64,000 nucleotides of DNA from NCBI GenBank assembly GCA_026025795.1, contig JAPEUG010000040.1, positions 1-64,000 of the forward strand, written 5' to 3'. The position numbers and the translations under genes are program-made. The notes under the pieces were generated by a model that saw only the letters and a list, made by a program, of their open reading frames with translations, had not been told where the DNA came from and searched no databases. This stretch comes from Thelocarpon superellum (lineage: Eukaryota). Shown here in pieces: positions 1 to 10,372 of the stretch. Each line of letters opens with the position of its first letter. The stretch's first letter is position 1.

Positions 1-151
1 CATTAGGGACTCCCCTTCTCATACCATTAGGGACTCCCCTTCTCATACCATTAGGGACTCCCCTTCTCATACCATTAGGGACTCCCCTTCTCATACCATT
101 AGGGACTCCCCTTCTCATACCATTAGGGACTCCCCTTCTCATACCATTAGG
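1..151. repeat. Perfect 24-bp tandem array (CATTAGGGACTCCCCTTCTCATAC) x6 plus a partial copy; candidate telomeric repeat
   Basis: Identical units start at 1, 25, 49, 73, 97 and 121, followed by CATTAGG at 145-151 and then unique sequence. The + strand is C-rich (9 C vs 3 G per unit), as expected at a left chromosome end. The repeat itself is certain; telomere identity is inferred. Confidence 0.9.
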
Positions 152-407
152 ATCCACGAATTCGTGATCGCCAAACGGCTATATCACAGCAAACTTCGCG
201 TCTTACGGACGATGGTCCAGGCACGGCCGTGGTGCATTCGAAAGGACAGCGAAGAACGAGCGCGACAGCTCCAGCCTAGTGCACGAGGTCATTAGAAGTG
301 CCGAAGGCATTCACATTTCATGCTCGATATGTTCCCTTCGCAACTCTAGATACTCAAGGTCTTGCTTCCGTCTTCTACACTTGTACAGTTCCAAAGGCAC
401 ACAGAGT

Positions 408-1454
408 TCATAATTCGTCCGATAGCTCGCCCAGCTTCCGGCTTGCAGGCTCCCACAGCAAGCCCGTATCACTACCGCAGCACGCGTAGGAGATGTAGGT
501 GTGGTTACAGGGACAGGCAAGCGGTGTGCCGTCCCGATCGAGGAAGATTGAATCATGGTCGTCCAACCGGTCGTCCTCATCCTTGGCCTCCAGTGTGAAT
601 ATATCGCGTTTTCGTCGCACCTTGCCGGAGAGGGGTTGGCAAAAAGCTCGTAGATGATTGCTGGCCGTATGTTTCTGCGTATTGTGGTGAAATACGCCGC
701 AGACACACGAGCTCGCATCGCATTCATTGACTCTGGCGCAGCTTCCTCGGCACTTGCGTCGCAAGGCGGCAGTCCAAGGGACAGTTGTCGTGCTCAACTT
801 CGATGGTGGCTGGGCTGCTTGCTGTACCGACGGTGGGATTTGTGGTGGGGCCAGACTTGGAGGCTCTTGGCTGGCTTCCTTTCCACCACCGACTGAACAT
901 GTCTGGCCACTTGAGTCGGCCATGTTGGCGCAGGTGCCCTCTTGGCTTCCACTGCCACCTGCTCCTTGCCCCTGTAGAAATGCCGGTTGTCCTGGTGCGT
1001 GATAGGCGACAGGCGCGCCACCTGGAATAGGTGCGTGATAGGCGACAGGCGCGCCACCTGGAATGGGTGCGTGATAGGCGACAGGCGCGCCACCTGGAAT
1101 GGGTGCGTGACTCCACGGAGCCTGACCATCGTCTTGTTCCGCTTCTTGACCGTCAAGCTCAGCTTCCTCTGTCGCGTTGCACGCACAGACACTGCGACAC
1201 TCATCGACCGACTGTGCGTCGCCACCCTGGCAGATGATCACATTGTCCTCATCGCAGTAGCACTGGATGTTATTGGCAATCCTCCCCAATTCGCAAGCAT
1301 AGGTGTTGTTCATTGCGGCCGGCACGCGAAGTTGCAGGTTAGCAGATATCGGATCAGTGTTGCACATCAGCCCGTAAGTGATACGGTACTGACCGGCGAG
1401 AGAGGTTAGGAGGAGGATGAACGAGGTCCAAGGCAGTCTCGGAATTGTCGCCAT
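408..1454 (-). CDS. Secreted cysteine-rich protein with internal 12-aa repeats (effector-like)
   Basis: Single 348-aa ORF with a hydrophobic N-terminus (WTSFILLLTSLAG), Cys-rich N- and C-terminal segments (CPCNHTYISYACC), 3x HAPIPGGAPVAY and a dibasic RRKR site. Confidence 0.75.
   Translation of the reverse strand: MATIPRLPWTSFILLLTSLAGQYRITYGLMCNTDPISANLQLRVPAAMNNTYACELGRIANNIQCYCDEDNVIICQGGDAQSVDECRSVCACNATEEAELDGQEAEQDDGQAPWSHAPIPGGAPVAYHAPIPGGAPVAYHAPIPGGAPVAYHAPGQPAFLQGQGAGGSGSQEGTCANMADSSGQTCSVGGGKEASQEPPSLAPPQIPPSVQQAAQPPSKLSTTTVPWTAALRRKCRGSCARVNECDASSCVCGVFHHNTQKHTASNHLRAFCQPLSGKVRRKRDIFTLEAKDEDDRLDDHDSIFLDRDGTPLACPCNHTYISYACCGSDTGLLWEPASRKLGELSDEL
994..1110. repeat. 36-bp coding tandem repeat, about 3.2 copies
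   Basis: GGTGCGTGATAGGCGACAGGCGCGCCACCTGGAATR repeated head-to-tail; encodes HAPIPGGAPVAY on the minus strand. Confidence 0.9.
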
Positions 1455-2642
1455 GGTGGGAGGCGGCCAAGGAGTAGAGCAGACTGGCTGCTCGACGTTG
1501 AAGAAGAAGTTGCATCCCTTTTTTGGGTCCGGTGTCTCTATGATCCTTTACTTCTGCTCGCGATGAAATAATCGCGCATGACAGCCGGTGCAGTAGGGCA
1601 AGGATCCCAAGCCTTCTTTAACACATGGAAATGGTAAATAACCATGCGAAGGATCTGGATCATGCTCTTTGGCTACCCTGCTGGCGAACATGCCGGAGGA
1701 AAGTAATGCGTCCAATCACCCTTGCCGAGGAGGACCATCCTGCTTCGTCTGGGGGCACACGCAGGGCCCGGTGTTTCGTGGGAAGCTCCAGAAACTGATT
1801 AGTCAGGAGCGACGTGGAGAATGGCCCCTGCGTCTCCAAACATCACGCCGGTCTCAAGAGGGGAGCAATCAGTATGATGATCACCAGGAGAGGATTTCTT
1901 GACCCCGCGAGCAGACGATTTCAAGGCTCGGCGCAACGATGAGTGCTCACGGCTGGTCGTCGCGTACGATGAGCAAAGTGTGATTCCTTTGTCAAACGTC
2001 GCCTTTGAGCAAGCGGCTGGGCCGAATCTACTCCAGTGAGATGAGCTGGACTGTTTCCAGTTCGTGACCCTCAAATCTTCGAGTCTTCGAGGCAGTGCGG
2101 CTTTAGTCGAAGCTTCTGTTCATCAGAGCCGGTAGTTCCTGGGAAATCGATGCTTCGAATACGTTTCAATGACATGTCTGTGGAAAGCTCTCAGACTCTC
2201 TTTCAGTAAGATTCAGAGCTTTTTCAAGGATGAGGGCATGCATGTCCAGGCTCCAAAGATCATGCACCTAGCATCCACCCCTCGCGCATCTTGACAGACT
2301 GGGCTTCTACCCTTGGTTCTCGCGATCCAGCTAGACCTTTTGAGTGCGGATGATGTTTGCTCCGAACGTTTTCGCTGTTCTACCTTTCCCGTGACCGTAC
2401 GCACGCCCGTGGGTCCCTTGATGGGTACTCTGCCAACAACGGCACACGTGTCTGCCATGAGCAGACCTTGCGGGCAGATACGCCGGTGCCCTTCATCCAT
2501 GGTTGATGTATCTACCATGGGCACTGTCGGCTGCTCAGACCTGAATACGAGGCCAGTGCTTCATGGCCGTTGACCCATCCAGACCACAGGCACGTCTATC
2601 TTGTCTGTGCGTGCCTCGGCTGATCCATATCCTCCGCTTCCG

Positions 2643-3774
2643 ATGCCCAGCCCTTCACCGCCTCTCCCTAGTGGCGGATTGCAAGTCGCCAACAGCGACG
2701 AGGCAACCTGCAGCCTTGTCCAGGCCATTACTCAAACTCACAATGCTTTGTCCCACTCTCCGTCTCTTGAGCCGTCAGCCGAAGTTGACGCTCTCTTCGG
2801 GAAGCTCGTTACCCTCTGCTCGCCCATTCTCGAGGGCCGCACGGTCTCTCAAGTAGTCTTTTCCACCATCTGTGGCCGACGTTCTGCACTTCAACTAACT
2901 CGTCCTGCAGGTTTTGTCCCACCCGCGGATCGCAGCCATTGTCGGATCGTTGCAACGATTGTGCGCCGAGGGTGAATTTGCCCTGGAGGTACACTGGGCA
3001 GTGCGCACGGCAAAACTCGTGATGGATGAGGAGGGTGAGTGCTTGCGTAATGCTCCCAGACCGGTTGGGTCTGACTCTGGACCCTAGTCAGGCAGGACTT
3101 GCGTCAGTTTCCGTATTACGACAACTACGTGGACCTTACCCGCATGGAAATGCACGCCATCTTCTCCGTCATCCTCCGTCAACCTCGCATGATCGCTTTC
3201 CTCGGCTCCGGTCCATTGCCGCTGTCATCTATCTGTCTTGTCGAAGCTCTGCACAAGCACAATCCGAGATGTCCAGTCCAGATTCACAACATAGACTGGG
3301 ATCCCATCGCCGTCAACCTCTCCAGCCAGCTCTGCCAAAGACTTGGAGGAAGCTGCAAGGCCATGCGCTTCGCATGCGCGGACATCGCCAATGAGCTGCG
3401 AGACCTGCGAGAATTTGACGTCATCTTCTTGGCGGCACTGGTCGGTAACTCGAGCGCGGAGAAAGAGCGCATCGCAGCGAGTGTGAGCTGCCGCATGCGT
3501 GCCGGCGCCATCATGGTGCTACGAAGCTCGCACTCACTTCGGTCCTTGCTTTATCCTGTATGGGCCCGCAGTTGAGATTAATTTGCCCACGTCTCTAAGT
3601 GACAATCTGTTAACGCTCAAGCAGGCAGTGGACTTGACGTCGGCCTTGATCCAAGCACATCTTGAGCCTCTTTTGATCGTTCACCCATGCAATCATGTCC
3701 TCAACTCAATCGTCATCGCTCGAGTCAGACCCGGGTTGAGCAGCGCCCTCTGTCATAGCTTAGAACCAAACTGA
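2643..3774 (+). CDS. Nicotianamine synthase (NAS family), 4 exons
   Basis: Spliced with introns 2853-2910, 3035-3087 and 3558-3624. Gives SLEPSAEVDALFGKLV, EGEFALEVHWA, FPYYDNYVDL, IAFLGSGPLPLSS, DVIFLAALVG, LRSSHSLRSLLYP and HPCNHVLNSIVIAR, all characteristic NAS motifs. Start codon uncertain. Confidence 0.92.
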
Positions 3775-4153
3775 AAGATGAAGAGCAAGAGCCGGAGTGG
3801 GATCAGCAGGTGCCGTCTCAAGCATTGGCTCGAACTCAGCTCACCTGACCGCGGATGGCTGATCTCAGGAGCACATGCGGCTCTGAATGCCAACGGAATT
3901 GAGTCATCACAGTTACCGATTACGACGCCGAGGGTGCTTGCATCTGGCAAGAGCGCACGAATGGAATCTCGACTCGTCCAAAGGATGCGTCGTGACACGG
4001 GCAGCGTTTCGAATTCAGCGATAAAACGATGCCAGTGTACGAACATTAAAGCGGATTTGAGGCCACCCTCGGCCGGTCGCATCATGCTTGTAGCTCAACA
4101 GTCGCAATGATGAAAAGTGAACGGAGCACCTGAACAAGAAACAGGCCAGAAGA

Positions 4154-4920
4154 TCATGTCTGCAGCTTTGCGCTGTCCACAGACAACCCATTGCCCGGCG
4201 GTGAGTTGGCAGCTGGTAGCTGTGACTTCAAAAAGCAGTCTCCCCCTGGCTTCACAGTATATGAAGCCCACTCTGGAACGTAGCTCACCCCCACGCAAGC
4301 GTCGGTGCCGTTGTACCGATTGTACGAGGCGCATGCATTCATACAGTCCTGGAAGGTAAAGACGGTGACGCCAAACATGTCGATACCGACGTAATCGGTG
4401 TTGCAGAGAAGGTCAAAAGCCCAGCCCCCCTCGAGAAGCGACACATAATTACTCCCCAGCGACGTACAGTTGCTAGTCGCCTTCAGTTGGCCGGCAGCAG
4501 CCGTGCGGGTTGCGCCAGGCGCGGCGGAAGTGGCGGTCACGGTCACCCTAGGGCAGGTCAGAGGGGGAAGGCCAGCGGACGAAGAGGGGCAGGGAAAGCC
4601 TACGTAGCAGTCGCACTGTTGCTATTGTTGTTCTCTTTTGCAGCTTCGGAACCTCCGACGCCGCCGCCAACCGCGGCAGCCAAGATGATGACAAAGATGA
4701 GCGCGACGGAGAGGATGAAGGTGGGGAGTCGTAGTCCGCAGACGCGTCTCGGTTGCGGTGACGTCGGGCCATATCCGCCGTCTTCCTTGCGATCTGGGTC
4801 GTGAAGGAAAGCGGAATCCGGTTGACGATAAGGGTTTGGCGGTGCGTCGGTCCTCATCGGCTCCATGCCCACCTGATCCGGCTGCAGCGGCGCCACTTCA
4901 AGATTGGAGTGTGTCGCCAT
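4154..4920 (-). CDS. Single-pass membrane protein with C-terminal Cys-rich (Apple/PAN-like) domain
   Basis: Exon 1 has RVCGLRLPTFILSVALIFVIILAAAVGGGVGG (typical fungal type II anchor). Intron about 4548-4603. Exon 2 has FDLLCNTDY...FQDCMNACASYN...CVGVSY...CFLK. Confidence 0.75.
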
Positions 4921-6177
4921 CTAGAGATCGAGCCACATTCGCTGTTGACGTCTCGCCGCTGTAGGACTCTCTCCGGTGCGCGGGCGTGCTCCTTGCCCGG
5001 TGAGGTGAAGACGATCGACTCGCAACGGACGTCTCGATCGAACCTGACCTGAGCCTTCTTGAAGGCTCCCTAGACTAGTACCTATCCCGGTGTGTTGGAA
5101 AGGTGGCGAAGCTAAACACAAGCCACGCCATACGGTGGGGGCTAAATGCATGCTCTCGCGTTCACCTGCCTATTCCGTAGACAAGGGGCGCAGCAGCACT
5201 TTGGGCTTGCCATGATGGTAGGCACTTTCTACCATTACGTCGATGATATGGAATTCATACAGAGGACGTCCGTAGGGATGATACCAAACTTCAGGGCATC
5301 GTAGATTTAGTGGGGTGAGTTTACGAAATGATCCCACCTGGATGTAAAGGTAAATTGAGTTCAGGAGACAAGCCCAGGAGCTCCTAGAGATGAAATGAAG
5401 AGCTTTACAACGACCCGCGACAGATCATTCTCTTTGAATGGATGTCATTTTCAATTTCAAAGTGCATGGTGCAAATCCACCGCCTGCGCTATCCACAATA
5501 AAGATGGGATCCCGTTGAGTCCCGAGAAACATTATTAAATTGGTGATACTATTAAAATCGAATATTATATTCGGATATTACGTTCGGTAGCAAATGGGAC
5601 CAGTTCTAATGCTGTGTCGAGCGCTTCTGCTAAGACCGAGAGGCTGCAGAGACCAGGCCCGCCCCCTTGGCAAGGACCGAGATAGCTCGACGGCAGGTCC
5701 ATACTGATACAAGATATGTAATTTTGCTGTGCTTGAATTCCTTCGATGGAAACCTCGACCACCAGTCAGTGGTTTGTCACCTATTCATGATGCTGGTTGT
5801 ATACTTCGAGGCGTACTTGTCGTTTCATGCGTAAGCTCTTTCGCCAGGGCGGCTGAAACAGAGACGAGTAAAGGCCTAGTCGGAGCCTCCCGCAACCAAC
5901 CAAGGATCCGTGCAAGACTAGTTACGATGCCGACCGACCGTGCGTGCCATCCTCAGGTTCATTTCTTATGCGAGGCGAAGGAACTACTCCTTAGATACCT
6001 ACAGTGGATTCGAAGTCGCAACATGCCTCGGGGCTCCAGGCTCCGTTCCGAAAGACCATCTGTCTATGGAACGACGACTCCGATGATCTGATCCCACCCA
6101 GCGAAGATCGGATCGACGTAGTCCCAGATGGTGACCGCCGTGCCTGCATCACCTGACGCTCGATTTCCACGTCCACG

Positions 6178-7700
6178 ATGAACCACGTTCGTTACCCTCG
6201 TTCTCGCTATTTGATCCTCTTCGTCGGGGTGGTGTTCCTTGACCTGTCCGTGAAGCGATACATCCACTAACGCGACCAGGTTCCTTCGGCTCATCTTGAG
6301 CCTCATATGGAGAAAATCAATGACAAAGCCACGGTCAGACTGTGGGAGCTCATCGCCAACCTTAGCCAGCGCGAGAACAAACCGACCCATCTCCTTGATT
6401 TGGGATCCACCGTGCACCTGACCAACTACACCCGCTCGCTCGAGGTTGCGACGCAAGTTGTCTTCTCCGTTGCCTCTCGTCGATGGGCGCCATTGGTTGT
6501 CCGGTAAGCCGTCCGGCAAGCCGTCCAGGCAGCTCGCAATGGCGCCTTCATGCACAGTCCGTTGCTCCATTTCGACAAAGGTGCCTCCAACTGGGCATGC
6601 CTCGCACCATCAGTACCACGTTTCGCGACCGCTCGGAGATGCCGGTGGAGTTTGAGGGATGGAAGCGGCTCAACCCCGAGTGAGAGATTCACATCTTCAA
6701 CGATGATGAGATGCAACAGTGGATGACGAAACGCCTCTCGCTCTCCCACTACCTCGACACGCAAAGGACGGCGCTGCTCGATGCGTACGACGCCTTTCCA
6801 CGGCCCTTCCATCGAAGCGACCTGTTTCCCACCCTGGTAAGGTTCAGCGCGGAAGCGCAGGAGCTGATACATGGCGGAAGCGGGCAAGCGCCACCGGTTC
6901 CCGTCAATGAGGCCCCACCGCCCTAGTGGTCAGTGTCGAGACATTCTCGCTACGGGAGCCTTTCGAAGGGGAACATCTCATCCAGTCCACTTTCGACGGC
7001 GCCCCGGGCCACCTCGTCTTCCTCGATCTAATGCCGCGCATCGTCCAGGTGCCGCGTCAGATGGACAACCGACGAGCGAGGGGTGACAACGCGGCCTGGA
7101 TGACGGACCAAAGCGTATTTACCTGGACGAGGCAGAACATCTGGAGCGAGACCGTCTGGCGATATCTGTGGGCACGCTGGCGCTTCGACTTCCGACGAAT
7201 GGAGAGAGTGACGCATCCCGTGCGCGTCGGCGATGTGCTCCTTTTTCTTGACGGCTCCTTCAAGGTTCCAACGTCGGAATTGGTTCCGGGCCAGGTGGCG
7301 GAGCCGTGTGTTTGGCGCGAAAGATTTGGACGCACGCCGTGGACGCATCCGGCACAGAGTTGATTCAGAAAGGGTTCTGGATGCTGTAGGACGAGAGGCC
7401 GCCGTCCCTTACCCCCTATCGTTGCTGCATGTTGGTTCGCTCTGAGGGGATGAGCGTCTCGAAGGTTGCCTTGTGTGGTGTTGGCCTATTTTGAGTATTT
7501 ACGTGATGCGATTTCGGTTCGAGACCATCGACCAAAATAAAATATGGCTTCTCGAGCATTATCGCCGGGTATTCGTGATATGTGACCAAGAGACCAGAAT
7601 TGGTCCGTTTCATTTGACACTCGCGAGACGTATCCCTCTTGACAAGGCAGAAGCTGATCCGGAGCGTCCCATCGGGATCTACGTCTTGTTTCTTAGATGA
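6178..7700 (+). CDS. Unrecognised multi-exon hypothetical gene or decayed gene
   Basis: Successive protein-like + strand segments (6307-6507, 6711-6926, 6926-7363, 7473-7700) with GT..CTAAC..AG-like signals between some of them. No single clean model could be built. Confidence 0.35.
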
Positions 7701-8206
7701 AGAGGAGTCAGGATGCCTTAGGTATGAGGGCTTGCGTGTCATTATACTAATTGCGGCCTTCCAAGAGACGGTGGGAAGTAGAGGTCCATAACATGCATGA
7801 GGGTAGGATTAAATTAATTCAAATTTATTGATGTCTAATAAAATAATGAATAAAACAATCATCCAAACTCGACGTATGTGAAAACGCTGCCTAATAGCAC
7901 AATCTTGAGACTTTTCCTGTGCATTGTCCGAAATTGCCCGAGGCTTTCCGCGATCGATTACGATCGTACCAAGGAGATATTATTTCCGGAGCAATAGGGA
8001 GCGAAGATAGCTTGTTCACAACATGTTGGGAAGGGAGAAGCGAAGATGTCGTTGTCGTGCGTTGGTAGCTCACAAGAGCTCTCGCCAAAGTTCTTCGCAT
8101 CTCGTCGTCGTCTCAGTCAAAAACGTTGATCGCACTACGACGTTCGAGCTTGACTTCCCTCCTCGCACTCGTCCTCGTCACTCGATTTCTTTCCTATCCT
8201 TCCGAC

Positions 8207-8752
8207 ATGGACACATCAGCGCTGAACCAACACGCCGGGCTGAGCAAGCTCCCCGAAAAGGACAAGCAAGAGCTGCTTCAATTCCTCGTCAACGAGTCGC
8301 AGAAGGCGAAGATCCAACGGGGTAAGTAAGAGTCTTCCTAACATATCCCTATCCACCCACGACCGCACGCACATGTATCTTCGTGCACGGACGTGCGAAA
8401 GGGAAGCTACGATGTGGAGGGCACAGTAGTCCATAGCCACCTCACCTGCTTCCCCTCACCTTCACGTTCACTTCCATCAAGCTACCCATCCTCATCCGTC
8501 TGCGTCCACAACCCAGCGTAGGTATGAAGCAAAACAGGTTGAACCAGAGCTAACCAAGTCCCTGTGCACATGATAGCAATCCACTCGTTGACGGAAACAT
8601 GCTGGAAGAAGTGCATCACGGGCGGGATTACGCGCGGCGGGCTGGAAAAGGGCGAGGAGAGCTGCACTCAGAATTGCGTCGATCGATTCATGGACGCCCA
8701 CCTCAACACGCTCAAGCATCTTGAGTCTATGCGACAGTCGGGTGGCTCATAG
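8207..8752 (+). CDS. TIM8: Mitochondrial intermembrane small Tim chaperone Tim8
   Basis: MDTSALN...DKQELLQFLVNESQKAKIQ, intron 8322-8576, then IHSLTETCWKKC...EESCTQNCVDRFMD (twin CX3C). Confidence 0.93.
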
Positions 8753-9350
8753 GGGGCGATTAGGGGGGGCCCGGGGGGTGTGAGTGTTCTTGGGACGGAG
8801 GGAGCCGCGCATTCTCGCTCCACTTCACTTCTCGACCGTCATGATCCACCCTCTGTTCCCTGCTCGACTGCCATGACTCCCCCTTGGGCACATGTGAGAA
8901 GGCGGGGTGGGTGCTGGGTGGTGACTCGGGATGGGGAGGGACCCGAGCGAGGGAAACCATATACATCTCATCGAATAGATCACATCAGGCCGAGCTGGAG
9001 GGTCAGGTACATAGATCCGGCGTTGTGGGGGGAGCTGTGCCGCCTTGCTCGGCATGTACCATACTTCGTATCCTGTCCGACTCTACTACCTTTGCCTTCA
9101 TATTTACGTTTTTGAGGCGACGTCTCTCTGGTAAGCTTGCGTCTCTCCGGGACCGTGCACGCTGCTCAGTCCAAGGCACCTCTAGGAATGGTGCGCCGTC
9201 CATGATCATGCCTGATCGAGATTGTATGATTCATTGACCTGGCTGATGATGGCCGTCACATCGCGCCCTGGGCCTCACCACGGCCACGACCTCGACCCGA
9301 GCTAGCAACTGTTTCATTCCCATTGCCAGCTTCCCTCCGCAAATAAACCC

Positions 9351-10116
9351 TTATACAATCGCCAACTTGGTCGCCGCAATATCCAGAGCGTCAACGTCGG
9401 GAGTTAACCGGGCGAACGCCTTCTTCGATCCGTCAGGGCTTTAGCGTTGTCAAGGTCGTCAGCGGGGTCGGTCACTTGGGCATCATGATATCAACTCGAG
9501 GACGGGCGCTTACCGAATCAACGTATTGATCTTGACACAATCCACGTCGTATAGCTTCTTCAACGCCTCCTTGATCTGTCGCTTGTTCGCCTTCACGTCC
9601 ACGATGAACACCAGCGTGTTGTTCTCCTCAATCTTCTTCATCGCACTCTCCGTGTTCAATGGGTGCACGATGACCTTGTGATGATCGAGGCGGGGCTCGT
9701 GGGGGATGGATTTGCGGGGGTATTTGGGCGCGCGTGAGAGTTGGAGGGTCTTGGGTTGGTGGAAGGTGGTTGACAGACGCACTTTGCGGACTTTGTTGCC
9801 ATTGAGCTAGATGGACGTCAGATGAAAGTGGGGTGATGCATCGGAGTGCTGCTCACCCCTCTCAACGTGGCCTTGGAGGCTTGGTTCGCCTTGCTACTGG
9901 GCTTTGCCGACTTCGAGCCTGGGAGGATGTCCGGTCAGCCAATGCTCCATCAATCTCATGTCAAGCCGTTGGCCGTTGAGATGTGTAGCGTCTGTCGATT
10001 GAGGATGAGTGGGTCCGCGGCACCCGCGTCGCTGGGCGGCAGGTCCCATCCGCTCCACCGTAGCTTAGGGAAGGTTTGAGACTCTCACCTTTCTTGATCT
10101 CGGTTTTTGGAGGCAT
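9351..10116 (-). CDS. RPL25: 60S ribosomal protein L25 (uL23), 4 exons
   Basis: MPPKTEIKK...[26 protein letters not shown]...[26 protein letters not shown]...[28 protein letters not shown]. Confidence 0.97.
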
Positions 10117-10372
10117 CTTGGACGATAGCCTGGTGTACCGTTGAACCTGAGATGCGGAGGAATTGGAAGTCCAACGTCCTGGATCGCTAATTTTTGAAGC
10201 AGTCCTAGCCCTAGTCGTGGTGCGTCAGTCGCCAACACCTGCCAGATCGATGCTCATTCTCGCTTACACATGCCATTTCTCCGTCGGTCTCGATGGCCCG
10301 TGCATGAATCTGGCGCTCTAGAAACGCTTTACCTCCTCAGTTGTTGCTGCGAAACATCTATTGTCCGGGAGA

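Noticed and set aside
1..1110. 24-bp and 36-bp repeats as CRISPR arrays
   Set aside because: Units are contiguous with no spacers, there are no cas genes, and the DNA is eukaryotic.
408..1454. Dikaritin/ustiloxin-type RiPP precursor
   Set aside because: Repeats are not separated by KR sites, and no DUF3328/UstYa or tyrosinase gene lies nearby.
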